Positions 29,602 through 39,711 are shown, counted from the first letter of the stretch. The stretch: 63,556 nucleotides of DNA from Candidatus Limnocylindria bacterium (GCA_038248895.1 JBBRWZ010000003.1:1-63556), one strand, 5' to 3'. The notes: generated by a model from the letters alone, not told the origin. Program-made: numbers and translations.

Positions 29602-30740
29602 GCGTCGCTCCCTTCGCGCCCAGAGGGAAGGCCCAGGATGGCATCGAGCTGGCGATGGACGATGTCGATATCAAACCTCGTCTCCGCGATGCGCCTACTT
29701 GCGGCTCCCATAACGGCTACCCGCGCTGGATCGCGCGCCATGCGCTCCATCGCCCCAGAGAGTGCCGTGACATCGCGCACTGGGACGAGTTCGCCATTCG
29801 TGGAGTCGACAACGGTCTCGCGGCAACCGGGCGCATCGGTGGTCAAGATTGCCAATCCCATCGCCATCGCCTCCAGCGTGCTGCGGGGGATGCCTTCGCG
29901 ATACGAGGGCAGCACGAACACGGATGCCTGAGCCAGCCAGGGACGCACGTCGCGCACCTCGCCCGGCCACTCGATGGTGCCGTCCCGGAGGTAGGGCTCG
30001 AGATCGGCGGGGTCGATGGAGCTTGGATTGGGCGCGGGCCCCCCCACGAGCAGGAAGCGGCTCGTAGGCAGGCGCGCCCGTACCTCGCGTGCCGCGGCCA
30101 GGTAGTCGAGCACTCCCTTCTCCGTCAACAGGCGGCTCACCATGATGAAGGCCGGTTGCGCCGGGGCAGGCCCAGGCTCATAGCTGGCCGTCTCGATACC
30201 GGAGCCCGAGATGCAGACGGCCTTGCCGGCCGGACAGATGCCGGCTGCCACAAGTTCGCGCAGGTCGTCGGCGTTCTGAAAGATGACCCGTTCGCTCAGC
30301 GCGAACGCGAGGCGATATAGACGCGCCGTCATGGCCCGCACGATGCGCTTCTTGCGGCCTGGTCGGGACCCGTCGTCGGTGAAGGCGTAGCCGAGGCCGC
30401 TGACGAGCGTCACACGCCGGCGCACGCCCGCCAGCCGCGCGGCGATGGTCCCGAAAATCACTGGCTTGGCGGTGTTGCTGATGACGATGTCGGGATGGAG
30501 GCGCCGCAGTGCCCAGGCCAGCCGCACCGTGTCGACGAGGTCGACCATCGGATTCAGGCCCGTTGGATTGAGGCTGATCCGGTGTCCCTCCACGCGGTTT
30601 TCGGCAAGCACCGCGGCGTGCGCCTTGGTCAGGTTCGGCGCCAGCGCGGTCACCGAACCGTGTGTGCGGAAGTGCTGCAGCAGCGGGAGCCGCATTCCGG
30701 TGACGTAATCCGCGTTGCTATGGATGAGCGTGAAGCGCAC
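29598..30740 (-). CDS. Glycosyltransferase family 4 (PglA-like)
   Basis: KPVIFG, SGLGYAF, IFQNADD, PSYREGIPRSTLEA. Confidence 0.9.
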   Translation of the reverse strand: MRFTLIHSNADYVTGMRLPLLQHFRTHGSVTALAPNLTKAHAAVLAENRVEGHRISLNPTGLNPMVDLVDTVRLAWALRRLHPDIVISNTAKPVIFGTIAARLAGVRRRVTLVSGLGYAFTDDGSRPGRKKRIVRAMTARLYRLAFALSERVIFQNADDLRELVAAGICPAGKAVCISGSGIETASYEPGPAPAQPAFIMVSRLLTEKGVLDYLAAAREVRARLPTSRFLLVGGPAPNPSSIDPADLEPYLRDGTIEWPGEVRDVRPWLAQASVFVLPSYREGIPRSTLEAMAMGLAILTTDAPGCRETVVDSTNGELVPVRDVTALSGAMERMARDPARVAVMGAASRRIAETRFDIDIVHRQLDAILGLPSGREGSDA

Positions 30741-30854
30741 TCAGGCGTGCTCATAGTCGCTGCGAGCCAAACTCGGATCGTCCATCTGGATCAAGGATAG
30801 CCGCAGGCGATGACAGCGCGGCACCGGTACGTCAGGACTATCCTCGGATGCCTG

Positions 30855-31448
30855 ATGCCGGAACGGAACATGTCCGATACCTACCCGCTGACCCTCGGTG
30901 CCGAGCCGGCGTTCTGCCCGGCCTGCGCCGAGCCCCTCGCCGAGCGCGTCCTCGAGGCGGATCATCGGCCACGCCTGGTGTGCGCGAACGGCCATGTGAC
31001 GTGGCGCAACCCCCGCATCGTGGTCGGGACGCTTCCGGTCCGCGACGGCCTCGTCCATCTCGCGCGCAGATCCATCGAGCCCGGCAGTGGACGCTGGAGC
31101 TACCCCGGCGGCTTCCTGGAGCTCGGCGAATCGGCCGCGGAGGGCGCCCGCCGCGAGACCGAGGAAGAGACGCAGCTGCTCGTGCAGGTCGGCCGCCTCA
31201 TCGGTGCCTACAGCCGTCCGCACGCCGGCGTGGTGACGCTCATCTACGAGGCGGACATCGTGGGCGGCACGGTCGCGCCGGGTGAGGAGACGAGCGAGGT
31301 GCGCGCGTTCGGGCCGGATGCCATTCCGTGGGACGAGCTGGCGTTTTCGACCGCCGAGAGCGCCCTGCGCGATTGGGTCGCCAGCCTGCCGGGGCGCGGG
31401 CCGCGCTTCGAGCCCGAGCTCTACGTCGAGGGCGACGCGGACAGCTAG
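30855..31448 (+). CDS. NUDIX hydrolase with N-terminal zinc ribbon
   Basis: FCPAC...CANG; Nudix box GGFLELGESAAEGARRETEEETQL. Start uncertain. Confidence 0.88.
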   Translation: MPERNMSDTYPLTLGAEPAFCPACAEPLAERVLEADHRPRLVCANGHVTWRNPRIVVGTLPVRDGLVHLARRSIEPGSGRWSYPGGFLELGESAAEGARRETEEETQLLVQVGRLIGAYSRPHAGVVTLIYEADIVGGTVAPGEETSEVRAFGPDAIPWDELAFSTAESALRDWVASLPGRGPRFEPELYVEGDADS

Positions 31449-31909
31449 GCGGCTGCCTGCCGCATGACGTCCCGCCGCACTGGCGTGCCCGCGCCGAGCA
31501 TGAGCCCGTACGCCGCTGACGCCAGCAGCGGCGCCAGCTGCAGCGCCAGCGTATCGGTACCGTCGAGCGACTGGACCCCGGTGGCGATGAGGGCCCAGGC
31601 GAGCAGTGCGACCACGGGTGCCGCGGTGGCCATCGTGGGTCGCGTGGTGAAGAACCGCCCGAAGAAGTAGGCGAACACCATGCCGACCACCGCCCCGGCG
31701 GCCTGTACCAGCGCGAAGCCGATGACGAACGCGAGCTCGGGCCGGACTGCCTGGTCGGTGAGCAGCATCGCCAGCGGACGGAGCGGGGCCAGCGCGTCAC
31801 CGCTCACGATGGCGGCGGTGAGGAGCGCCACGGCGAGCCAGACGTATGCCGCCGCGAGCCCGGTCACGAAGCCGCGGTAGGCAAGGCGCAGTCCGTTCAC
31901 CTCGGTCAT
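31445..31909 (-). CDS. Hypothetical membrane protein (about 4 TM)
   Basis: Hydrophobic helices; TACCGT 6 nt before ATG 31909. Confidence 0.7.
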   Translation of the reverse strand: MTEVNGLRLAYRGFVTGLAAAYVWLAVALLTAAIVSGDALAPLRPLAMLLTDQAVRPELAFVIGFALVQAAGAVVGMVFAYFFGRFFTTRPTMATAAPVVALLAWALIATGVQSLDGTDTLALQLAPLLASAAYGLMLGAGTPVRRDVMRQAAA

Positions 31910-31988
31910 GGCGTGACGGTAGGCCGTGCGCCTGCGACGGGCACCGGACAATTGGTCATGCCGCGCGCCGTACTCGCGGCCGCTGCAC

Positions 31989-33254
31989 CTATTCCGGCCG
32001 GCGGAAGACGGCCACGGCGTTCTGGCCGCCGAAGCCGAAGCCGTTGATGATGGCCACCTCGACCGCCATCCGCCGCGCCTCGTTGGGCACGTAGTCGAGG
32101 TCGCAGGCCGGGTCCGGCGTCGCGTAGTTGACCGTGGGGGGGACCAGGCCGTCCCGGATGCTGAGCACCGCGACCAACGCCGACATCGCACCGGCGGCGC
32201 CGAGCGTGTGTCCGATCATGCTCTTGTTGCTGCTCACCGGCAGGTGATCCGCATGGTCGCCGAAGGCGGCTCGAATCGCCTTCGTCTCGGTCGCGTCGTT
32301 GAGCGGGGTCGAGGTGCCGTGCGCGACGACGTAGTCGACCTGCTCCATCTCGAGATGCGCGTCGCGCAGCGCGCGCTGCATCGCCAGCATGGCCCCATAG
32401 CCCGAAGGGTCCGGGGCCGAGATGTGGAACGCGTCGCCGGTGAGCGCGCCGCCGGCCACCTCGGCCAGGATCGTGGCGCCCCTCGCCTCGGCGTGCTCGA
32501 GCGCCTCGATCACGAGCACGCCCGCCGCCTCCCCGAAGACGAACCCGTCACGATCCGCCTCGAACGGGCGCGACGCATGCTCGGGGTCGTCGTTGCGCTT
32601 GCTCAGCGCGCCCATGTTGGCGAGCGCCGCGAACGCCACCGGCAGGATCGCCGATTCGGTGCCGCCGGCGATGACGACGTCGACATCGCCGTGCTCGATC
32701 ATGCGCTGCGCCTCGACCAGGGCCTGGACACCCGAGGCGCACGCGGCGACGCTCGTCACCACCGGGCCGCGGATTCCGTTCTGGATGCTGATCTGACAGG
32801 CCGCCATCGACGGCGAGAGCATCGGCACCATGAACGGGCTGACGCGCTTGCCGCCCTGCTCGAGGAACGTCTGCTCGCCGAGCGCCACGTCACCGATGCC
32901 GCCGCCGCCGGTGTTCATCACCACCGCGATGTCGTCGCGGTTGTGATCGGTGATGGCCAGGCCGGACGCGTCGATCGCCTGGCGCGCCGCCGCGACCGCG
33001 AGCTGGCTGAAGCGGCTCATGCGGCGTGCCTGCTTGAAGTCGATGTAGGCGCGCGGGTCAAAGCCCTTCACCTCCGCCGCGATCTGGACCTCCTCGTCGC
33101 TCGGGTCATAGGCGGTGATGCGTGCCACCCCGCTGACGCCGGCGGTGAGGTTCGACCAGAACGTGTCGACATCGTTGCCGATGGGCGTCAGCGCGCCGAG
33201 ACCGGTGACGACGGCACGGCGGGCAGGGTCGCGCGCGGGCGGGGGGCGGGTCAT
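31989..33254 (-). CDS. fabF: Beta-ketoacyl-ACP synthase II (canonical copy)
   Basis: VAACASG, AHGTST, KSMIGH, NGFGFGG. Confidence 0.93.
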   Translation of the reverse strand: MTRPPPARDPARRAVVTGLGALTPIGNDVDTFWSNLTAGVSGVARITAYDPSDEEVQIAAEVKGFDPRAYIDFKQARRMSRFSQLAVAAARQAIDASGLAITDHNRDDIAVVMNTGGGGIGDVALGEQTFLEQGGKRVSPFMVPMLSPSMAACQISIQNGIRGPVVTSVAACASGVQALVEAQRMIEHGDVDVVIAGGTESAILPVAFAALANMGALSKRNDDPEHASRPFEADRDGFVFGEAAGVLVIEALEHAEARGATILAEVAGGALTGDAFHISAPDPSGYGAMLAMQRALRDAHLEMEQVDYVVAHGTSTPLNDATETKAIRAAFGDHADHLPVSSNKSMIGHTLGAAGAMSALVAVLSIRDGLVPPTVNYATPDPACDLDYVPNEARRMAVEVAIINGFGFGGQNAVAVFRRPE

Positions 33255-33261
33255 GGGCGGG

Positions 33262-34542
33262 TCAGTCCTCGAAGCGACGGAAGATGACCGTCGAGTTGTG
33301 GCCACCGAGTCCCATCGAGTTCGAGAGGGCGACCCGGACGTCGGCTGCACGCGCCTTGTTCGGCACATAGTCGAGCGTCAGCTCGGGATCGGGGTGGCGC
33401 AGGTTGATGGTGGGCGGGATGCAGCCGCTGGCGAGCACCTTGACGCAGGCGAACGCCTCGATGGCGCCGGCCGCACCCATGGCGTGGCCGGTCATCGACT
33501 TCGTGCTGCTGACCGCGATGCGGTCGGCGTGCGCGCCGAAGACGGCACGGATGGCCATCGTCTCCCACTTGTCGCCGATGGGCGTGCCGGTCCCGTGGGG
33601 GTTGATGTAGTCGACCGCCTCCGGACCGATGCCGGCGCGGTCGAGCGCCGCCTGCATGGCGCGCTGGTTGCCTTCGCCGCGTTCGGCCGGGATGGCCATG
33701 TGAAACGCGTCGGCAGCAGAGCCGTAGCCGATGACCTCGGCGATCGGCGCGGCGCCCCGCGCGCGGGCATGGGCGAGCTCCTCGATCACCAGCACCGCCG
33801 AGCCCTCGGCCACGACGAAGCCGTTGCGCGTCGCGTCGAAGGGCCGCGATGCCACGGTCGGGTCGTACGCGCCGCTGTCCGGGTCGATGGGCGTGGCGAG
33901 GGCGCGCATCTGCTGGAAGCCGGCGAACGCGAGCGGCACGATGACCGCCTCCGTCCCTGCGCCGAGCATGATGTCCGCCTGGCCCCGCACCACCGTCTCC
34001 ATCGCTTCGCCGATCGCGTGGCCGCCAGTGGCACAGGCAGACACGACGGCCATGTTCGGCCCGCGGAGGCCGTACTGGATCGCCACCATGCCAGATGCGG
34101 CGTCGGGGATCATGTGCGGCAGCAGGAACGGCGAGACACGGCCGGGGCCTCGCTCGAGCAGCGTCTTGACCCCCTCGCTGACCATGCCGATGCCGCCGAT
34201 GCCGGTCCCGAGCACCATCCCGAAGCGATCCGCATCGACCTCGCCCACGACATGACCGTCGTCCCCGAGCAGGCCGGCGTCGCGCAGCGCCTCGCCGGTC
34301 GCGGCGACGGCGAGGTGCGTGTTGCGGTCGTGGCGGCGCACGTCCGGGCCGTCCATGTACTGCCGCGCGTCGAAGCCCTTCACCTCGCCGGCAACGTGGA
34401 CGTCGTAGCCGGTCGTGTCGAACAGGGTGACGTCGGCGATCCCGCTCCGTCCGTTGACGAGCGCGTCCCACGATGCATCCGCACCGATGCCGACCGGGGA
34501 GACGATGCCGAGGCCGGTGACGACGGCGCGGCGCCCGTTCAC
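33262..34542 (-). CDS. fabF: Beta-ketoacyl-ACP synthase II (divergent copy)
   Basis: SACATG, PHGTGT, KSMTGH; NSMGLGG variant; GTGA overlap with fabD. Confidence 0.9.
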   Translation of the reverse strand: MNGRRAVVTGLGIVSPVGIGADASWDALVNGRSGIADVTLFDTTGYDVHVAGEVKGFDARQYMDGPDVRRHDRNTHLAVAATGEALRDAGLLGDDGHVVGEVDADRFGMVLGTGIGGIGMVSEGVKTLLERGPGRVSPFLLPHMIPDAASGMVAIQYGLRGPNMAVVSACATGGHAIGEAMETVVRGQADIMLGAGTEAVIVPLAFAGFQQMRALATPIDPDSGAYDPTVASRPFDATRNGFVVAEGSAVLVIEELAHARARGAAPIAEVIGYGSAADAFHMAIPAERGEGNQRAMQAALDRAGIGPEAVDYINPHGTGTPIGDKWETMAIRAVFGAHADRIAVSSTKSMTGHAMGAAGAIEAFACVKVLASGCIPPTINLRHPDPELTLDYVPNKARAADVRVALSNSMGLGGHNSTVIFRRFED

Positions 34543-35546
34543 GGCGTCGACTCGTCCTCGCCGCGGCCGGGCAGCCACAGCTTCGCGAGGCCGCCGGGAA
34601 CGTCGACCGCGTGCGTGATCGCCTCGGGGCTGATGCGGCGGATGAGCCCCGAGAGGACGCGCCCGGGTCCGATCTCGACGAAGTCGGTGATGCCATCGCC
34701 GACCATGCGCCGCACGCTCGCGGTCCACTGCACGCCGTGCACGAGATGATCGGTCAGCTCGGTGCGCAGGCCCTCGGCGGTGTGGATCACGGTCGCATGC
34801 ACGTTGCCGAGCATCGGCACCTGCGGATCGTGGAACGGGATGATCGCCAGGATGCGGCCGAACTCGTCGCGTGCCCGGCGCATGAGGGGCGAGTGCGAGG
34901 CGACGCTCACCGTCAGGCGCACCGCCTTGCGCGCGCCGACGGTCCTGCTCAGCTCGAGGGCGAAGGCGAGCGCGGGGATGACCCCGGAGAGGACGATCTG
35001 GCCGGGCGCGTTCGCGTTGGCGACGCTGATCTCGCCGTGCTCGCGGGCCGCGTCGACGACCTCCGCGACCTGGTCGTCGGTGAGACCGATGACGGCGCCC
35101 ATGCCCCCTTCGATGCCGCGCTCCTGCATGATCCGGCCGCGTTCGCGAACGAGGCGGATCGCCGTCTCGAAGTCGATCGCCCCGGCGGCGACCGCGGCCG
35201 CGTACTGGCCCGCGGAGTGGCCCGCCACGACGCGCGGGTCGAGAGTGACGCCGGCGCGGGCCGCCTCGTCGCGCATCGCCTCGAGGAAGGCGACGCTCGT
35301 GGCGAGGATCGCCGGCTGCGCGTTGATCGTCTCGTTCAGCTCCTCGGCCGGCCCCTCGAGGATGAGCCGCGACAGCGGAAAGCCGAGCGCGGCGTCGGCC
35401 CGCGCCAGGATGGCGGCAGCGGCGGGGGAGGCGGCGACGAGGTCGGCGCCCATGCCCACGTACTGCGAGCCCTGGCCGGGGAAGACGAAGGCGTGGCGAC
35501 GCGCGACGGCCGGTGCCGTCGCGACGGGATCGGTCTGATCGGTCAT
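34539..35546 (-). CDS. fabD: Malonyl-CoA:ACP transacylase
   Basis: FPGQGSQ, GHSAG, NANAPGQIVLSG, ASHSPLM, EIGPG. Confidence 0.93.
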   Translation of the reverse strand: MTDQTDPVATAPAVARRHAFVFPGQGSQYVGMGADLVAASPAAAAILARADAALGFPLSRLILEGPAEELNETINAQPAILATSVAFLEAMRDEAARAGVTLDPRVVAGHSAGQYAAAVAAGAIDFETAIRLVRERGRIMQERGIEGGMGAVIGLTDDQVAEVVDAAREHGEISVANANAPGQIVLSGVIPALAFALELSRTVGARKAVRLTVSVASHSPLMRRARDEFGRILAIIPFHDPQVPMLGNVHATVIHTAEGLRTELTDHLVHGVQWTASVRRMVGDGITDFVEIGPGRVLSGLIRRISPEAITHAVDVPGGLAKLWLPGRGEDESTP

Positions 35547-35617
35547 CAATCTTGCTGGTGGGGGACCTGCCGGGGAGTATATCGGTCGCATGCGAGCACG
35601 TCGCGTGCGCGCACCGC

Positions 35618-37015
35618 CTACTCCGCGATCACGAACCTGCCCACGACATCGGCGAGGACCGCCAGCCCGAACTCGAGCGCGCTCACCGGCACGCGCTCAT
35701 CGTGGCCGTGGAAGAGGGCCAGGAACGGCGTATCGGCGCCGAGCCGCAGCGGCATGAAGCCGTACGTGGGCGTGCCGAGCAGGGCGAGCGCCTTGGCATC
35801 GGTCCCGGGCGTGATCATCATCGGCAATGGTGTGGCCTCGGGGTCCGCGCGGCGCAGGGCGCCAGCCAGCAGCTCCACGAACGCGCCCTCGGCCGGCCAC
35901 TCCACCGCCGGCATCGCCATCACCGCACTCACCTCGACCTCGTCGCCGGCGAGGCGCTGGAGGTGGGACACGAACGCCTCCTGGTCCGTGCCCGGCAGGG
36001 TCCGAACGTCGATCTCGGCCTCGCCGGAGCCGGGGATGACGTTCATCTTCTTGCCGGAGCGGACGACGTTGGGGGTGATCGTGTCGCGCAGCATGGCATC
36101 GAGCGAGCGCCGCATCACCGGGTCGGTGACGCGCGCCGCCAGCGCCTCGGCGACCCGTTCCTCGTCCCCCGCGGCCGCCGCGGCCGCCACGTCGTCGAGG
36201 CCCATCCCCTCGAGGAAGGCGGCGACGAGCGGGATGAGACGCGGCGGCTTCGGCGCGTCCGCCAGGCGCGTGATGGCCCGCGCCAGCTTCACGGTCGGGT
36301 TGTCGAGGTGCGGCATGCTGCCGTGGCCCGGTGTGCCCGTCGCCCGGACGCGGGTCCAGATGATGCCCTTCTCCGCCACCTGGATGGCGTAGTAGCGGTG
36401 GCCGTCGAGGTGGATCGGGTAGCCACCGACCTCGTTCAGGGCGGCGGCCGCGGGACGTCCGTCGCGGGCGCTGAACAGCTCCGATCGCGTGCGAGCCCAA
36501 TGGAGCGCGCCGAACTCGCCGCCCGCCTCCTCGTCCGCGACGGCGGCGAGGATGACGTCCCGTCTGCGCTCCGCGCCGGACCGATGGAGTGCCAGCAGGA
36601 CGCCGAGCTCCATCGCCAGCATCTCCTTCATGTCGACAGCGCCGCGACCCCAGACGACCCCGTCGACGAGGTCCCCGCCGAACGGGTCGCGGGTCCATGC
36701 CTCGGCGTCGACCGGCACGACGTCGACGTGCGAGAGGAGGATGAGCGGCGGTTCGGGGTCGCCGACGGTGGCCGGCAGGCGCGCGAAGCAGCTGCCACGC
36801 CCCGCCGCCGGCTCGAGCACCTCCGCGTCGATCCCCGCCGCCGTGAGGAGGTCGGCACAGAAGGTCGCGGCCGCCGTCTCCCCGCCCCGCGGGTCGCGGC
36901 CAGCGGCAGCGTCCGTGCCGCCGTTGGGCGGGTTGACGCTCGGGATGCGGATCAGGTGGCGCAGCGTCTCGACACAGGCGTCGAGGTCCGCGCTGTCAAC
37001 GGTGAGGGCGGTCAC
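35618..37015 (-). CDS. M20/M25/M40 family metallo-hydrolase
   Basis: SHVDVV, GRGAVDMK, ADEEAGG, NEVGG, HGHDER; TATGGT 7 nt before GTG 37015. Confidence 0.92.
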   Translation of the reverse strand: MTALTVDSADLDACVETLRHLIRIPSVNPPNGGTDAAAGRDPRGGETAAATFCADLLTAAGIDAEVLEPAAGRGSCFARLPATVGDPEPPLILLSHVDVVPVDAEAWTRDPFGGDLVDGVVWGRGAVDMKEMLAMELGVLLALHRSGAERRRDVILAAVADEEAGGEFGALHWARTRSELFSARDGRPAAAALNEVGGYPIHLDGHRYYAIQVAEKGIIWTRVRATGTPGHGSMPHLDNPTVKLARAITRLADAPKPPRLIPLVAAFLEGMGLDDVAAAAAAGDEERVAEALAARVTDPVMRRSLDAMLRDTITPNVVRSGKKMNVIPGSGEAEIDVRTLPGTDQEAFVSHLQRLAGDEVEVSAVMAMPAVEWPAEGAFVELLAGALRRADPEATPLPMMITPGTDAKALALLGTPTYGFMPLRLGADTPFLALFHGHDERVPVSALEFGLAVLADVVGRFVIAE

Positions 37016-37043
37016 TGGCTCCACCATACCGGCCCCACCAGGC

Positions 37044-37934
37044 TCAGGTCCGGCTGCTCCGGTCCCGCACGAGCATCGCGAGCGGCCATTCGAGTGCCAT
37101 CAGGGCGAGTGCGACGCCGAGCAGCACCGGCTGTGTAGTCGCGATGCCCAGGGCCAGGAGCGCGGCGACGAAGACGAGGTGGATCGCGAGGCGCGTCGCG
37201 AACGCGGCGCGCAGGTCGACGATGGCGGTCCGCCGCCCGTGGGCATGACCGCGATCGGGGCCCCACACGCCCCATGCCGCAGCGGCACCGAATGCCGCGA
37301 GCGTCAGCGCGAAGAGGCCCAGCCCACCGCCGGGGGCCGGGTCGACGAGTGGCTTGAGGATCGTGAACGGGACGAGGGCCAGGAGCAGGAGCGCGAAGGC
37401 GGGGATCGGGACCGCGAGCTGGAGCCACTCCAGTGCCGGGCGCCGCCCCGCGACCTCGCGCAGCCACCGGGTGAGGAACGTGAAAGCGAGCGTCACGAAC
37501 AGCCATGCGTAGAAATTGCCCGCCGGGACCCCGAACCAGCCCTGGTCGATACCGATGTCGCGCCACGTCCAGAGTCCCATGCGGATCGCCACGGCATCGA
37601 AGGCGAGATCGAGGCTGATGGCCAGGAGGCTGTCCACGAAGGGTGCCCAGCGGCGTCGGACGCCGAGCGCGTCGGTGATCCGCATCGCGCCGCCGATGAT
37701 GAGCGCCCAGGTGAGACCGATCGCGAGCGGCGCGCGGTCGACGCTCAGCACGAACTGCGACGAGTAGTGATACGTCTCGAAGATGAGCTGGTCGCCCTCC
37801 TCGAGCAGGAGCCCGAACGTGGCTGCGCTGACCAGCTCGAGGAGCGGCAGACGGCCCCGCTGCAGGGCGAGCCAGGCCGAGGCGGCGAAGAACACGGCGA
37901 CCCCGAGCTCGAGGCCGCCGTAGAGGGGATCCAT
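37044..37934 (-). CDS. CruF-like (DUF422) integral membrane protein
   Basis: FGLLLEE, PLAIGLTW, LDLAFDAVA...GLWTW, GVPAGNFYAW. Confidence 0.7.
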   Translation of the reverse strand: MDPLYGGLELGVAVFFAASAWLALQRGRLPLLELVSAATFGLLLEEGDQLIFETYHYSSQFVLSVDRAPLAIGLTWALIIGGAMRITDALGVRRRWAPFVDSLLAISLDLAFDAVAIRMGLWTWRDIGIDQGWFGVPAGNFYAWLFVTLAFTFLTRWLREVAGRRPALEWLQLAVPIPAFALLLLALVPFTILKPLVDPAPGGGLGLFALTLAAFGAAAAWGVWGPDRGHAHGRRTAIVDLRAAFATRLAIHLVFVAALLALGIATTQPVLLGVALALMALEWPLAMLVRDRSSRT

Positions 37935-39223
37935 CACCCCGATGGTACGGCGGAGCGCCTCCGCAGGATCGCTCGGCCGCCGAGGCCGACGGCGAACATG
38001 GCGATCCCGGCGGCCACCGACGCGAGTGGCAGCGTGGCCACGAGCACCGCGCAGCCGATGACGCCGGCGACATTGAGGGCGCGCGGCCAGCGCCGGTGGG
38101 GGTCGGTCTGGGTGAATGCCGAAGCGTTGGCGATGCCGTAGTAGACGAGGACGCCGAAGGAGCTGAAGCCGATTGCACCGCGCAGGTCGATGAGCAGCAC
38201 GAGGACAATGACGGCGGCGGCGACCGACAGCTCCGCGCGCGCCGGGACGGAGCGTCGCTCGTCCACGGCGGCGAGCCAGCGCGGCAGGTCCACGTTGCGC
38301 GCCATGGCGAGCGTCGTTCGACCGATGCCCGCCACGAGGGCGAGCAGCGATCCCAGGCTGGCGACCACCGCCCCGACGCCCACCACCGGCACGAGCCAGT
38401 CCGCGGCCACCGCCCTGGCCGCCTCGGCCAGGGGGGCGGCGCTCTCGCCGATCCGGGTCGGCCCGGCGGCAGCGAGGATCGTCACCGCGACCGCGAGGTA
38501 CAGCGCCACCGTGATGCCAAGGGCGAGTGGAATGGCGCGCGGGATCGTCCGCACCGGGTCCCGCACCTCTTCTCCGAGCGTGGCGATCCGGGCGTAGCCC
38601 GCGAACGCGAAGAAGAGCAGGCCCGCCGACTGCAGCACGCCGTACGCGCCGTGGGGGATGCTGCCGGATGCTATCCGGGCGGGGTCCGCGCCGCCACTCG
38701 CCCAGGTGACGACCACGAGCAGGCCGAGCGCGGTGATCGAACCCGCGACGAGAATGCGCGCCACGCCGGCGGTGCGTGTGATGCCGCGCAGGTTGACCGC
38801 GGTGACGGCCGCGACCGCCGCCACGGCGACGGCACGTTGCGCCAGCGGCGCGAACGGCAGCGCGTAGGCCGCCACGGTGAGCGCCATGGCCGCACACGAG
38901 GCGGTCTTGCCGATGACAAAGCCCCAGCCGGCGGCGAACCCCCACCACGGGCCGAGCCGCTCCCGCCCGTAGACATACGTGCCACCCGAGCTCGGGTATT
39001 GCGCCGCGAGCTGCGCCGACGCGGTGGCGTTGCAGTACGCCACGCCCGACGCGACCGCGAGGCCGATGAGGAGGGCCGCACCGGCCGCCGCCGCAGCGGG
39101 GCCGAACGAGGCAAAGACGCCCGCGCCGATCATCGACCCGAGGCCGATGACCACCGCATCCGCGACACCGAGGCGGCGCTCGAGGCGCGTCGCGGGCGAG
39201 GACGCGGGCGGGGACGTGCTCAC
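37934..39223 (-). CDS. APC family amino acid permease
   Basis: GSMIGAGVF, PSSGGTYVY, FFAFAGYARI, GEEVRDP. Confidence 0.92.
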   Translation of the reverse strand: MSTSPPASSPATRLERRLGVADAVVIGLGSMIGAGVFASFGPAAAAAGAALLIGLAVASGVAYCNATASAQLAAQYPSSGGTYVYGRERLGPWWGFAAGWGFVIGKTASCAAMALTVAAYALPFAPLAQRAVAVAAVAAVTAVNLRGITRTAGVARILVAGSITALGLLVVVTWASGGADPARIASGSIPHGAYGVLQSAGLLFFAFAGYARIATLGEEVRDPVRTIPRAIPLALGITVALYLAVAVTILAAAGPTRIGESAAPLAEAARAVAADWLVPVVGVGAVVASLGSLLALVAGIGRTTLAMARNVDLPRWLAAVDERRSVPARAELSVAAAVIVLVLLIDLRGAIGFSSFGVLVYYGIANASAFTQTDPHRRWPRALNVAGVIGCAVLVATLPLASVAAGIAMFAVGLGGRAILRRRSAVPSG

Positions 39224-39711
39224 AGGGCTGCTGCCACGCGCTCCGCCGCGGCTCGCAACTCCGCGTCACTGACGTTGGGAAGCACGTCCTCCCAGAGCGG
39301 CAGCATGTAGTTGCGCGCCTCGAGCATCCCCAGCGGTCGCGGCATGAGCCACACGTGGAAGTGCGCACCGCCGTCACCCCATCGGTACAGGTGGACCCTC
39401 CCGACGTCACCCAGTGCCAGGATCGCGCGTTCGACGCGGGCGATCAGTGGGCCGAACGCGGCCGCGGCCTCCGGTGCCAGGTCAGCGAACGAGTCGACGT
39501 GATCCCGGCTGGCGAGCCAGACGGTGCCCGGCAGGCTCCCGCCGACGGGCGGATGGATCGTGAAGTGCTCGTCGCCCCAGACGGCGCTTGTGGCGCCCCC
39601 CTCGCAGACGCCGCACGGCTCACCACCCGGCTCGCCACGTCGTGGCGGCTCGGGAATGGCACGCTCGCCCGGCTCACGGGTGGTCATGGGCTCCTCGTAT
39701 GGCAGGACCAT
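39220..39711 (-). CDS. HIT-like protein
   Basis: AAGGAG SD; CGVC, WGDGGAHFHVW. Confidence 0.7.
   Translation of the reverse strand: MVLPYEEPMTTREPGERAIPEPPRRGEPGGEPCGVCEGGATSAVWGDEHFTIHPPVGGSLPGTVWLASRDHVDSFADLAPEAAAAFGPLIARVERAILALGDVGRVHLYRWGDGGAHFHVWLMPRPLGMLEARNYMLPLWEDVLPNVSDAELRAAAERVAAAL

Noticed and set aside
34539-35546. VASH motif as a sign of methylmalonyl specificity
   Set aside because: Stand-alone FabD proteins vary at this site, and the PKS fingerprint does not transfer reliably.
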